Source of the DNA: Tepidisphaeraceae bacterium
GTDB taxonomy: Bacteria > Planctomycetota > Phycisphaerae > Tepidisphaerales > Tepidisphaeraceae
Assembly: GCA_050014015.1 (NCBI GenBank)
Contig: JBEKEC010000046.1
Span: 2,405 to 66,404, forward strand
DNA: 64,000 bases
Direction: 5' to 3'
Part shown: piece by piece, positions 1 to 9,990 of the stretch
How the letters are laid out: the number at the start of each line of letters is the position of its first letter
How positions within the stretch are numbered: the first letter of the stretch is position 1
The notes under the pieces: generated by a model
Databases searched by the model: none
Seen by the model: the letters and a program-made list of their open reading frames with translations, nothing else
Told to the model about the DNA's origin: nothing
Made by a program: the position numbers and the translations under genes

Positions 1-2
1 GA

Positions 3-428
3 TTGACCAAACGATTTGGCGAATGGCCGCTGGCGATCGTCGGACCGGTTTTTGTCGGGCTGGGCATGCTGATGCTGGCGGTGGTTGGGTTCAAGCCGAT
101 GCTGGTGATTCTTTTGGTGGGCGGGGCGATCAACGCCGTCGGCCGAAGCCTGCAAACGCCGACGCTTTATGCGTTGATATCGCAAACCAGCGATCCATCG
201 GAGCAGGGTTTGGTATTCGGGCTGAACCAGGGTCTGGGGAGCATCGCGCGGGTGATCGGCCCGGTGATCGCGGCGGCGGCGTTTCACGTGCACATTTCCG
301 GGCCGTTCGTCGTGGGGGGAATCATCATCTTCCTGGCGGCCTTGTGGACGGGGGGGTTGAGAGCGACAAGCAAGGACACGTCGCCATTCCCGCTGCCGGC
401 CGACGCATCGGCGGCGGAATCGGTATGA
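3..428 (+). CDS. MFS-type transporter, C-terminal part (the gene runs off the 5' window edge)
   Basis: The ORF is open to the window edge. It has four hydrophobic helices and a LNQGLGSIARVIGP-type motif typical of the last MFS helices. Confidence 0.55.
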   Translation: MTKRFGEWPLAIVGPVFVGLGMLMLAVVGFKPMLVILLVGGAINAVGRSLQTPTLYALISQTSDPSEQGLVFGLNQGLGSIARVIGPVIAAAAFHVHISGPFVVGGIIIFLAALWTGGLRATSKDTSPFPLPADASAAESV

Positions 429-503
429 CGTGCTTCGCCCCATGAGCCTGCCGGTTTAATCCAATCCACCCGTGGAGATTCCCCTATGGCAGCGGCGGTT
501 GAT

Positions 504-2183
504 CTACGGGCCTGCGGAAACGGCACCGGCGGATTCCACGGCGTCGCGGGAATAAATGAATATCGTGTGCCCCACGACGGCGAGCGGCATCTTGGTTTGC
601 AGGGCTTTGCCGTAGCGCAGGCCGATCCAGGTGCGCTCATTCCGATTTGTGGCGGGATCCCAACCCGTGACGATGCGGGCCTTCAAGCCGTCGAGAAAAT
701 AGCTGCTCACGGCGACATAGTCGGCGTCGCTGCTCTGGATAACCGGAGTGTAATGAATGCCATAAACGGCGGGATCGACGAAGCCGAAGTAGGCCAGCGT
801 GATGCCGGAGACGCGGTGGTCTTGCATCCAATGGCGCAAGTCGAAGAGGCCCTGGCCCCAGTCGAAGTCGGAATTGGTGAGCAGCCTCCAGCCGTTGGAC
901 GGCCCCCCCACCGCGAAATTGACGAAGGTGAGGAACCGGGGACAAACCCAGAGGGTTTCGACCGCCAACAGGGCCAGCAGGGCATCGCGGAGATACGGAA
1001 AAAACGATCGCGTTTTCCCGGCGGTTCGGCGATCGACGGACCAAATGCGCGAAATGAGGATGAATGCCAGGGGAAACGCCGGCAGCAGATAGCGCGTGCC
1101 GATATTCAGGTCTCCCACGCCGATCACGCCCAGGAGAAAAAGGGCGATGGCGAAGAAGATGCTCCATTCACCGGCGCGTCTGGCGGGCGGGGCCCGGCCG
1201 CGCGAGCCGAGCTTTGACGCCACGGCGGCGGCAAGCAGCAGGAGCATGGCGATCGGCAGCTTGCACAGCAGCGCCGCGGGAAAATAGTACCAGCGGGATC
1301 CCTGATAAACTTCGCCGAAAAGGAACGCCTCGTAACCGGGTTGGGAATCGCGTTTCTGGGCGTCGATGCCGAGCAGGAGCGAGCGCGGGAGCGGCGAGGG
1401 GAAGGTTGCCGGCAGATCCCGCTGGAGGCGTTGCATGAAATCCGAGTCGAAGGCGAAGGAGCGGAGGGGGCGCCCGGTGCCGCGGAAACCGTAGATGGCG
1501 TTGAGCAGGAGGAGCGTGGTCATTCCGAGGGCAACCCAGGCGGCGGGCAGCATCCAGCGTTGCCAGCGATGCCGCCAGGATACGAAGGGAAGCGCCATCG
1601 CCAGCATGATGGGCCAGAGCAGGACGGCGGTGAACTTGCAGAGATGCGCCGCCAGCAATGCGGCGCAGACGAGCATCCACCGGCGGGCGGAGGGCGAGCG
1701 GCAGAACCTCCACCAGAGCCAGCAGGAGGCAAGCATCGCCGCGGCCGTGCCCAGGTCCGTCGTGACCAGCGCCCCGTGCGCCAGGATAGTGGGATTGAGG
1801 CAATACATGGCGCAGGCGGCCATGGCGCTGCGCCAGCCGTAGAGCCGGTTCGTCCAGCGGTAGGTGATCCAGCCGGCAAAACAGGAGATGGGGATCATCC
1901 CCAGGCGCGACAGGAGCAATAGAAACGGGAAGCGGGAGAAATTGGCGGCGACGAAGGCATCGGCGTAAAGCCAATGCCGCTCGACGATGGGCCGCTGGTC
2001 CACCTGATCGGTCGGGGGCGCATGGGCGCCGGCGAGAACGGCGGGAATGCCCGCCCAAAGCCGCAGCAGCGGCGGGCTGAGGCTGTAGATCGAGAGATCG
2101 TGACGGTTCCAGTACTCAACACCGGCGGCAAGATGGGCCGGCTCATCGAACGTCGCCGAATTGCCCGCCGCCGAATAAGCCAA
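504..2183 (-). CDS. GT-C fold glycosyltransferase, family 39 / ArnT-PMT-like membrane protein
   Basis: 559-aa polytopic membrane ORF with an N-terminal '..NSATFDEPAHLAAG..LSPPLLR' motif. The first canonical start is TTG at 2183. An in-frame upstream helix (RRLSTLACAALLAAHALLL) has no ATG/GTG/TTG, so the N-terminus is unresolved. Confidence 0.6.
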   Translation of the reverse strand: MAYSAAGNSATFDEPAHLAAGVEYWNRHDLSIYSLSPPLLRLWAGIPAVLAGAHAPPTDQVDQRPIVERHWLYADAFVAANFSRFPFLLLLSRLGMIPISCFAGWITYRWTNRLYGWRSAMAACAMYCLNPTILAHGALVTTDLGTAAAMLASCWLWWRFCRSPSARRWMLVCAALLAAHLCKFTAVLLWPIMLAMALPFVSWRHRWQRWMLPAAWVALGMTTLLLLNAIYGFRGTGRPLRSFAFDSDFMQRLQRDLPATFPSPLPRSLLLGIDAQKRDSQPGYEAFLFGEVYQGSRWYYFPAALLCKLPIAMLLLLAAAVASKLGSRGRAPPARRAGEWSIFFAIALFLLGVIGVGDLNIGTRYLLPAFPLAFILISRIWSVDRRTAGKTRSFFPYLRDALLALLAVETLWVCPRFLTFVNFAVGGPSNGWRLLTNSDFDWGQGLFDLRHWMQDHRVSGITLAYFGFVDPAVYGIHYTPVIQSSDADYVAVSSYFLDGLKARIVTGWDPATNRNERTWIGLRYGKALQTKMPLAVVGHTIFIYSRDAVESAGAVSAGP

Positions 2184-2253
2184 GAGCAGCGCGTGCGCCG
2201 CCAGAAGCGCTGCACAGGCGAGCGTCGACAGCCGTCTTCTATCTATCCGAACC

Positions 2254-5200
2254 TCACTTGCTGGTGCTGCTGGTCAGGAGCGGGAAGTTCTTGGCTTCGA
2301 TCTCCTTGTTGATGAGAATCGTCGGCTTGAGCAGGATGAGCAGGACCTGTTCATCGTTGGCCTCGGAGGAATTGGTGGTGAGGCGCTTGAGGAACGGAAT
2401 CTTGGACAGTCCCGGGACTCCGGCCTCGAGATTGATCTCGCCGGCGATCGTGACGCCGCCCAGCATGAGCGTTCCGCCGTCGGGAACGGTCACGCGCGTT
2501 CGGACCTCGGTCCTCTGCTCGGTCGCCTCCTGTACGCTCAGTGTGCCGGCGGAGGATACAAAGCCGGTGGTGACGACTGTGGTGGAGCCCGCCGTGGTGG
2601 GGGCGACCCCCGCTTGTTCGTACGTGAAGGTGGAGAAGCCGAGGAACGAGTCGAGTTCGGGATCGACGTCAAGGGTGACGTACTTGCGATCCGCGCTGAC
2701 CAGAGCGCGTTCGACGACCAACCGCACGCCGTCCGTCGCGTTTGCGATCACCGGCGCCGCAATGGACGCCCCGGTTGCCACGGAGACGTTCAGACTTGCC
2801 ACGTAAGGAATGGACGTCAACTGGTAAATCGTGGCGCCTTGGCCATTCTGAAGCGTCACGCGTGGTTCGTGAACGACGCTGAGCCGTTGGGACTCCTCCA
2901 CCGCGTTGATAATCAGGCCGACCGCGAAGTCGTCAAGATAGCTTCCGGAGATGCTCAAACCGCTAGCGCCTACAATGGTGCCCGGCAGGCCGGTGGAGGG
3001 ACTGGCTGTAAAGGCGGAAGTCCCATTGCTGATCGTGATCGGAGTGAAATGGTTGGGAGGAAACACGCCGTTGCTCTGGTGGTTAATCGTCATGGACAGA
3101 TCCACGCCAACGCTTTCCATAAAGTGCCGGGAAACCGTCAGGAACCGGGTCTCGATGGAAACCTGTACAGCCTGGGCTTCGCGAAGCTGGGTCAGGAGAT
3201 TTTGAATTTTGTCGTGAACTTCAGAGGTCTGGGTAATGATGAGTTGATTGTTGAAGTCGTCGATCTGGCCGTAGCCGTTGGGATCGTTGTCCTTCCAGGA
3301 ACTGAACTCCACGGTGTTCTCGATCTTCTTCTTGATGTCCAGCAGTTGCTGCTGACGGGTCGACGTGCTGTTCTGTGAGTTGTTGGTGTTCTGCCCAATG
3401 GTGGTTGTGCCGCTGCCGCCGCCGCTGCTACCGCCAACCTGCGAGCTGCCGCTGCCGATGCTCTGGATCGTGGGGTCGAAATTTGGATTGATCAACAGAT
3501 CGGTGATGTCGTAAACGCGCGTGACGACGACCTTGTTCAGCTCGTCCGCGGTGGAGATCGTGATCACGCCTCCGTCGATGGTGTAAGCCAGCTTCCCGGC
3601 GCCGGCCTCCTGAAGAATGATGTCGAGCACCTTGGAGAACTTGACGTCGTGCAGCATGACGGAAACCTGGGTCGACTGCTTGTCGATGCCGGCGGCCTCG
3701 AGCGCTTTCCAGTTCACCAGGATGTTGGCGCCGGTGATGTCGCGCAGGAAATCCATCGCGTCGCTGAGCGCCACCTGCGGGAGCTGCACGCTAGGCAGCC
3801 GCTTATCCAGCAGCGCTTGCACCGCCTGGTCTTCCTTGCTGACGTTGCTGTTTTTCGCCTCGGCGTCGCGCAGGGTGGAAATATCCGGCCAGTTCTCCGG
3901 GAAGCGGAAAATATCCGAGTAAGGGATCTGGGCTTCATCCGCCTGATTCAGCGACCGCTCCAGGTTGTAATCGAACTCTTCGCGATAATGCCTCTGTTCC
4001 TGGATAACGGCCTTGTCCTCGACGAATTGCCGAATGCCAAGGGCATAGTCATTTTGCGGATCGATGGTGAGGATTTGGTCGAGGACGCCGAGGGCGGCGG
4101 CGTAATTCTGCTGCTCGATCTGGGCGCGCGAGAGCTTGATGTAAGCCGCGACCGCCGATTCCCGGCGATGCCGGTCCTGTTCCTCGGTGAGTTCTTGTTG
4201 CCGGGCCGCACTGACCGCCCGCTCCGACGCCGCGCGACGCTCATAGGCTGTCCTGGCCTGTTGCAGATCGAGAGTCGCCCGTTGGATCGCCGCGTCTTTT
4301 TGGCGCAGATCGTCGGCATTGAATATGGTCGGGTCTTCATCCCGAGCCGCCTGGGCGGTGGCGATGTCGTTTTCCGCCTGCGCGAACTGATTGGCCGCCG
4401 TGTCGGCACGAGCTTGATCGATGGCGGTGCTGAACTTGTAATTGATGGCCTCGATGGCCACCCTGATCTGCTGCTCGGTGCGCGTGAGGGTCACGCCGCC
4501 TTGGTTGGGAGCTCGGCCCGTTTTCGCCAGCAGCCGGTCGCGGCCCTGGACGGCCTGGGCATTGGTCGGGTCGAGGTCCACCGCCTGGGTGTAATGGCTC
4601 AGCGCTTCCTGATCGTTGCCCGCCGCCTCCGCCTTCTTTCCAAGGTCGACCAGACCCTGGGCCTTGTAAACGCGCTGTTGCTCGGCCAGGCGATCGACCT
4701 CCGCCTGATGTGCAAGCTGTGACTGGTCAGACCCGCCCGTGGTGCTTTGCGTGGAGACGGTATCGCTCGCCAGAGCGACTGTCTGGACCGGCGGCGCATC
4801 GGGGATTCCGGCCTGCTTATCGGATGCATCGGCATCGTCCATCCGCTTGAGGTATTCCGACGGGGAAAGGCCCTCAAGATAACTCGGCTGGAATCCAAGA
4901 TCACGCGCCTTGGTGAAATCCGCGTGGGCGCTGAGCATGTCGCCGTCACGATATTCCTGGCGGGCGCGAACGTACGCGTCGCGGCCGTCGGTATTGGCCC
5001 TGGTCATGTACTTCCGCTCGCCCGCATCCAACTTCCCGAGATACTCCGCGGGGCTGGCTTCGAGGAACCCTCCGGTGAAGCCCAACTGCTGGGCCTTGAG
5101 GAAATCCGCCCGCGCCTGCTGCCAAAGTCCCTTGCGATATTCGTCCACGGCCTGCCGGTAAGCGGCCTTGCCGTCCGGGGATACATTCGCCTGCGACGCC

Positions 5201-5652
5201 GCTAGATTCGCCAATTCCTGTTGGGCGGCTTGGCGAGTGCCCGCATCGGCGCGGGGATTGCTCAACACCGCGTTGTAATGCCCTTGGGCATCAGGAATCT
5301 GATTGGCCTTGCGCGCCTCATCTCCGCGCGCCAGTTCCGCCCGGGCGTCGCGCCGCTGCGTCGCCGCCTCGTTGGCCTTGGACAAAATGCTGACCCATGT
5401 CTGGCGGTCCTGGTCGCTGAGCGATTTAACGCTCACTTCCTGGAGAGTCGCGACAGATTCTTCGTACTGACCCCGGTTGTATTGGTCGATTCCGAGCTTT
5501 AATAGATCCACGTTGGACGGATTCGCCTGCGAACCCGATCCGCCGGTCGATGGGTCAGCGTACAGCCGGCTGAAATTTGAAAGCCCCGTGGGCAGCGCCA
5601 TGGATGCCGCTGCGGCCAAACCAAAACACGCCAGTTTCTTGCGTCGATTCAT
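2254..5652 (-). CDS. Secretin (GspD/PilQ family) with a long TPR-like N-terminal region
   Basis: C-terminal secretin hallmarks are present (VQVSIETRFLTVSRHFMESVGVDL ... GVPGLSKIPFLKRLT ... LLILLKPTILI). I moved the start to ATG 5652, which gives a MNRRKKLACFGLAAAASMALP signal peptide. An internal G/S/T/N/Q low-complexity linker is present. Confidence 0.85.
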   Translation of the reverse strand: MNRRKKLACFGLAAAASMALPTGLSNFSRLYADPSTGGSGSQANPSNVDLLKLGIDQYNRGQYEESVATLQEVSVKSLSDQDRQTWVSILSKANEAATQRRDARAELARGDEARKANQIPDAQGHYNAVLSNPRADAGTRQAAQQELANLAASQANVSPDGKAAYRQAVDEYRKGLWQQARADFLKAQQLGFTGGFLEASPAEYLGKLDAGERKYMTRANTDGRDAYVRARQEYRDGDMLSAHADFTKARDLGFQPSYLEGLSPSEYLKRMDDADASDKQAGIPDAPPVQTVALASDTVSTQSTTGGSDQSQLAHQAEVDRLAEQQRVYKAQGLVDLGKKAEAAGNDQEALSHYTQAVDLDPTNAQAVQGRDRLLAKTGRAPNQGGVTLTRTEQQIRVAIEAINYKFSTAIDQARADTAANQFAQAENDIATAQAARDEDPTIFNADDLRQKDAAIQRATLDLQQARTAYERRAASERAVSAARQQELTEEQDRHRRESAVAAYIKLSRAQIEQQNYAAALGVLDQILTIDPQNDYALGIRQFVEDKAVIQEQRHYREEFDYNLERSLNQADEAQIPYSDIFRFPENWPDISTLRDAEAKNSNVSKEDQAVQALLDKRLPSVQLPQVALSDAMDFLRDITGANILVNWKALEAAGIDKQSTQVSVMLHDVKFSKVLDIILQEAGAGKLAYTIDGGVITISTADELNKVVVTRVYDITDLLINPNFDPTIQSIGSGSSQVGGSSGGGSGTTTIGQNTNNSQNSTSTRQQQLLDIKKKIENTVEFSSWKDNDPNGYGQIDDFNNQLIITQTSEVHDKIQNLLTQLREAQAVQVSIETRFLTVSRHFMESVGVDLSMTINHQSNGVFPPNHFTPITISNGTSAFTASPSTGLPGTIVGASGLSISGSYLDDFAVGLIINAVEESQRLSVVHEPRVTLQNGQGATIYQLTSIPYVASLNVSVATGASIAAPVIANATDGVRLVVERALVSADRKYVTLDVDPELDSFLGFSTFTYEQAGVAPTTAGSTTVVTTGFVSSAGTLSVQEATEQRTEVRTRVTVPDGGTLMLGGVTIAGEINLEAGVPGLSKIPFLKRLTTNSSEANDEQVLLILLKPTILINKEIEAKNFPLLTSSTSK

Positions 5653-6096
5653 GACAGTAGACCTGCTTTCGCGACGGACAAAATCTTTAGCGGATTGATC
5701 GGTCAAAACGCTCGGCTGAGCCGTGGGATCGAACAACACGTGATCCTCCTCAATTGATGATACCTTGCGACTCGTTGGTTGGATGCGTAAGGCATGCAAA
5801 GGTAAGACGTTCGGTGAATGACGCCTGTGCCTGACAACCCTCTATACGGCCCTCCATTTTGGTCTGGACGCAGGCACTGACTTTAGCGCCAAGACCAAGC
5901 AAGATGAGTCTAAGCAAAGACTAGCAGCGATGCAAATAAAATTGAGCCTCTCAACGTCAGCCTCGCCGCCAACCAGACGTTGAGGCGCATATTCTCGTAA
6001 AGGCGCATATTCTGCGCCATTTTCAGCCCGCACCGGGCGGGTTCTTTAGAATCGTCTTATCAGCCGGGGATTCAGCAGTTTTCTCGGGCACGACCG

Positions 6097-7641
6097 TTAT
6101 TCCCATTCAATGGTCGCCGGGGGCTTGGAACTGATGTCGTAAACGACCCGGTTCACGCCACGCACCTCATTGATTATCCGATTGCTCATCTGAGCCAGAA
6201 CGTCAAACGGAATCCTCGCCCAATCGGCGGTCATGAAATCCTGGCTCTCGACGGCACGAATCGCGATCACCCCGTCATAGCTGCGAGCATCGCCCATCAC
6301 CCCCACCGTGCCGATGGGGAGGTAAACGGCAAACACCTGCGCGGTCTTGCGGTAAAGATTGGCGGCGATCAGCTCCTCTAGGACGATCTCATCGGCATCG
6401 CGGAGGATTCGCAAGGTCTCGGCGGTGATCTTACCAATCGTCCGCACCGCCAGCCCCGGACCCGGAAACGGATGCCGCCAGACGATTGACTCCGGCAACC
6501 CCAGGACCTCCCCCACTTGCCGAACCTCATCCTTGAACAAATCCCTCAGCGGCTCGACCAACTCGAAGCCCAGTTCCTCCGGCAACCCGCCGACGTTGTG
6601 ATGCAGCTTGATGTTGGCGGCGGTGCCGGCATATCCGTGGCCGCTCTCAATGACGTCCGGATAAAGCGTCCCCTGAGCCAGGAAATGCGCGCCTTGGATC
6701 GATTGCGCCCCGCGCTTGAATGCTTCGATAAACTCCCGGCCAATGATCTTGCGCTTCTGCTGCGGATCGGTCACGCCATCCAAAGCCGATAGAAATTGCC
6801 CGGAGGCGTCGAGCGTTTTCAGATTGATTTTGAAGTGATCGCCGAACGTGGCTTCGACCAGTTGCCGTTCGTTCTTCCGCAGTAATCCGTTGTCGACGAA
6901 GATGCAGGTGAGTTGATCGCCGATGGCCTTGTGCAACAGGGCGGCGACGACCGAGCTGTCCACGCCGCCGGACAAGCCGCAGATCACCTTGCCGTCTCCA
7001 ACTTGCCGGCGAATCCGGGCGATCGCCTGCTCGACGAAGTTGCCCATCGTCCAGGTGCCGGAACATTTGCAGATTTCGTAAAGGAAGTTCTGGAATATTT
7101 GCTCGCCGCGCGGGGTATGCGTCACTTCCGGGTGAAACTGCACGCCGTAGAACGGCCTGGTGACGTGGCGGGCGGCGGCGAAGGAACAGGTCGGCGTCGC
7201 CGCCAGGGCGACGAAATCCGCGGTCAATTCGTTCACCTGATCGCCATGGCTCATCCAAACGGTGGTGTCTTGGGGCAACCCGCGCAGGAGCGGATCGTCG
7301 GCCACGATGTGCAGCCGGACCCGGCCAAACTCCCGCGCCTTGGCGGGCTTCACCTGCCCGCCGAGGACCTGGCAACCCAACTGCATTCCATAACAAATCC
7401 CCAGGATCGGCACGCCAAGATCGAAAATCTTCGGATCGCACCGTGGAGCGTTCGGCTCATACACGCTGCTCGGCCCGCCGGAGAGAATGATGCCCTTGGG
7501 CTCGAGTTTTTTAAGCTGCTCAGCCGGGATGTCCGGCCGGACCAATTCGCTGTAAACACCCTTTTCGCGCACCCGCCGGGCGATGAGCTGGGCGTACTGC
7601 GCTCCGAAATCCAGAATGGGAATGACTTCGTCGTGAGGCAT
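6097..7641 (-). CDS. guaA: GMP synthase (glutamine-hydrolysing)
   Basis: Full-length match to the GuaA pattern: [26 protein letters not shown].., a GATase Cys box ILGICYGMQ, the ATP-PPase box [10 protein letters not shown], and a C-terminal ..[10 protein letters not shown] moved the start to ATG 7641; the upstream ORF extension is repeat-encoded. Confidence 0.95.
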   Translation of the reverse strand: MPHDEVIPILDFGAQYAQLIARRVREKGVYSELVRPDIPAEQLKKLEPKGIILSGGPSSVYEPNAPRCDPKIFDLGVPILGICYGMQLGCQVLGGQVKPAKAREFGRVRLHIVADDPLLRGLPQDTTVWMSHGDQVNELTADFVALAATPTCSFAAARHVTRPFYGVQFHPEVTHTPRGEQIFQNFLYEICKCSGTWTMGNFVEQAIARIRRQVGDGKVICGLSGGVDSSVVAALLHKAIGDQLTCIFVDNGLLRKNERQLVEATFGDHFKINLKTLDASGQFLSALDGVTDPQQKRKIIGREFIEAFKRGAQSIQGAHFLAQGTLYPDVIESGHGYAGTAANIKLHHNVGGLPEELGFELVEPLRDLFKDEVRQVGEVLGLPESIVWRHPFPGPGLAVRTIGKITAETLRILRDADEIVLEELIAANLYRKTAQVFAVYLPIGTVGVMGDARSYDGVIAIRAVESQDFMTADWARIPFDVLAQMSNRIINEVRGVNRVVYDISSKPPATIEWE

Positions 7642-7684
7642 TTGTAGGTAATAACTGGGGACGGGGAAAGTGGCAAGGGGAGGG

Positions 7685-7770
7685 AGATTGGGGAGATTGC
7701 CGATTGCCAATTGCCGATTGGGGGAGGGAGTGGGGCCGATTGCTGATTGCCGAATGCCGAATGCCGAATG
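7685..7770. repeat. GATTGCC / GAATGCC heptamer simple repeats in the guaA leader
   Basis: The sequence shows gagattggggagattgccgattgccaattgccgattg ... ccgattgctgattgccgaatgccgaatgccgaatg. All units are in one orientation. Confidence 0.6.
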
Positions 7771-8029
7771 AGGGAGGCGAGGGCATTTGACACATTTGGC
7801 GCTTTTCACATTTTGCTTTGTGATTGATGGCTTATCTTCGTGGCGTAAATTGTTTGCCGGAATGGGGTTGCGATATCGGCGGTGCGAGGATGGGATTTGG
7901 CGCGGGGGAAAGCGCCAAATTTGGCGGAATGTTGCTGAAACATTTGGGGCCTTACCGTTTCGTGGAAAAACGGATCGGCGGATGCTGGTGGCATTTGAGT
8001 TGAAGTAGAATAGACTGGGAGAAACCCCT

Positions 8030-8278
8030 ATGGACGAAGCGACGATTCGACTGCGCGTGGAGCCGCTGGAGGAAGGCGGGTTCGTGGCAACAAGCCCGGA
8101 CGTTCCCGGCTAGGTTGCCGAAGGGCGCACCATCACCGAAGCAACGGAGATCGCCCAGGGGCTTGCCCGCAAGATTGCCGAGTCCTGCCTGGAGCATGGC
8201 GATCCGGTTCCGCCGGCGCTAGCGCCGATCGCGACCAAAGGATCAATCGACCTGCTCGTTCCCGTCGGCGTGCGATGA
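8030..8278 (+). pseudogene. hicB: HicB-family antitoxin with an in-frame TAG
   Basis: Translation is [61 protein letters not shown].. The amber codon at 8111-8113 interrupts the conserved 'PDxPGxxxxGxTxEEA' core. Confidence 0.6.
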
Positions 8279-8279
8279 C

Positions 8280-8400
8280 ATGGGACGCCTCTCTGGATTC
8301 AAATACCGCGACGTGGCGTAAAAGCTCGGGGCATTGAAAGCGATATACACATCTATTTCCGGATTAACAGCATAAGGCGATGAAGCTGGTCTTCGGGAAA
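8280..8400 (+). pseudogene. hicA: Decayed HicA-like toxin remnant
   Basis: The ATG lies 1 nt after the hicB stop. The reading MGRLSGFKYRDVA*KLG.. is followed by frame-shifted 'SGH*KRYTHLFPD' (a GSH-box remnant). There are several stops and frameshifts. Confidence 0.4.
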
Positions 8401-8495
8401 TAGACGGACGGTCAGCGTGCAACGCGGCAATCCGTGTTGCTTTTGTTTCGCTTTTTTGCAACGCTGGGATTTGATGTTAAGGGAGGTTCCTATTT

Positions 8496-9461
8496 ATGGC
8501 AGATGCAATAGCGCACATGGGAAGGGCATATTTGGGAGTTGGGTTGGCGGTGGTCTTCATACTCCACTCGATTTCGTTGGCGGACGACGCCACAACCAAT
8601 CCGGCCGCAAATACCGCTTCGGGCCTCGCGTTCACTCCCGGTCCCGAAATAACTCTGAACCCTGGCGAACACGTTCCACTGATTGTTTTCGATTCCGACC
8701 ACAAGCCCGTTCAAGTCTCGAAAATCTCCTGGACGATTGATGGCCAATCCATCGACCAGGCCGATGCTGCTGCCGGGTCATTCGATGTTCCCGACGACAA
8801 TCCCTTCGCCACCAGCACCATCTACAAGGCGCCCGCGCGGGTTCCAGCCAAATCCACAATGGAAATCAAAGCCAGCGTCGCCACGTCCGATCCGCCGGTA
8901 ACGCTCACCACCAAAATTACCATCATCAAAGACGCCAACTGGTTTACCGTCGATGGCGATACCGGTTTCGGGAGCAAATCGGTGGCCGTCCAACTGAACA
9001 ACCAATTGCCTTGCGGCGGTGGGGTTTACGGCGGCCCCATCAAACTGCTCGCAAACCGATACCTCATCCGCTTCTACGGCAGCGATAAGCTGGATTCAAG
9101 TTCTCAAGTGATCGCCCTATTCGACTTTGGCAATGACACGAACAATCAACCGGGTACTTATGTCTGGCAGGCCGGCAAAAACGTCCGAGAAGTCCGAATC
9201 GCCTATGGTGAAAAGTGCTTTCAGTCGCTCCGCATTGATAATGGCGGAAATGAGACGTCGCTGGATGGCTCCTCCACGCTTCTTGAGCCGGATCCCGCGG
9301 ACAAGTCGGGGCTGATCAAAGGATTCTTCTCCGGCAATATGTTCTGGGGCGAAATGGAAAAGCCAAAGCTGATCCACGGACGCCATGTTTTCGATATCAA
9401 GATGCATTATGTGACGATGCATGGCCACTTCGCGGTTCCCAAGGCCACCGAGTGGATCTAG
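8496..9461 (+). CDS. Hypothetical secreted protein
   Basis: 321-aa ORF with an N-terminal hydrophobic signal (LGVGLAVVFILHSISLADD). I recognise no family. It sits in an accessory islet between guaA and rne. Confidence 0.5.
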   Translation: MADAIAHMGRAYLGVGLAVVFILHSISLADDATTNPAANTASGLAFTPGPEITLNPGEHVPLIVFDSDHKPVQVSKISWTIDGQSIDQADAAAGSFDVPDDNPFATSTIYKAPARVPAKSTMEIKASVATSDPPVTLTTKITIIKDANWFTVDGDTGFGSKSVAVQLNNQLPCGGGVYGGPIKLLANRYLIRFYGSDKLDSSSQVIALFDFGNDTNNQPGTYVWQAGKNVREVRIAYGEKCFQSLRIDNGGNETSLDGSSTLLEPDPADKSGLIKGFFSGNMFWGEMEKPKLIHGRHVFDIKMHYVTMHGHFAVPKATEWI

Positions 9462-9468
9462 AGCATTC

Positions 9469-9615
9469 TCAGTTCATTTGTAGCGTGTATCCGCAATGTC
9501 GGAAGCAGTTGGCGGCATCGGAGGCGGTGATTTGATCCAGCACTGCTTGCATCGTCTGCCGTAATGCTTCGCGGGTCCGGCAGGCCAATGATCGCAGCAG
9601 TTGTTTGAGCGCGAA
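9469..9615 (-). pseudogene. IS630/Tc1-family transposase C-terminal remnant
   Basis: A 48-codon frame reads FALKQLLRSLACRTREALRQTMQAVLDQITASDAANCFRHCGYTLQMN*. This matches the conserved IS630 C-terminal tail (..KxxLRxxxARTxEAL...I...LxxITxxDxxxxFxHCGY). It is preceded by a stop and no DDE core remains. Confidence 0.5.
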
Positions 9616-9748
9616 TCAGAAAACCGGGGCAGGTCCGATTAGGAGACGGTGCCCGATATTGGATTTGTCCCGATTTTCCTGTTCGTATCACTTGCGGGTC
9701 AGCCAATTCCATAGCCAGAAGAGCGCGGTCAATAGCGGGGAGGGGACG

Positions 9749-9990
9749 AAGGTTCAAGGGTTCAAGGGTTTAAGGGTTCAAGGGTTTAAGGGTTCAAGGG
9801 TTTAAGGGTTCAAGGGTTTAAGGGTTCAAGGGTTTAAGGGTTCAAGGGTTTAAGGGTTCAAGGGTTCAAGGGTTCGAGGGTTCAAGGGTTTAAGGGGTCA
9901 AGGGGTCAAGGGGTCAAGGGTTTAAGGGTTTAAGGGGGTGAGGGTTCAAAGGTTTAAGGGTTCAAAGGGTTGAGGGGTTAGGGGTTCGAG
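9749..9990. repeat. Tandem array of about 27 units of a 9-bp repeat (GGGTTCAAG / GGGTTTAAG). It is the long arm of the inverted repeat around the four-helix-bundle gene.
   Basis: Direct reading shows a strict 9-bp period that degenerates toward 9990. The last units encode the C-terminal tail (..PKSPNSPESSNP) of the adjacent gene. Confidence 0.9.

Noticed and set aside
9749-9990. The tandem repeat array as a possible CRISPR locus
   Set aside because: The period is only 9 bp with no unique spacers, and no cas genes are present in the window. It is a microsatellite-like array.
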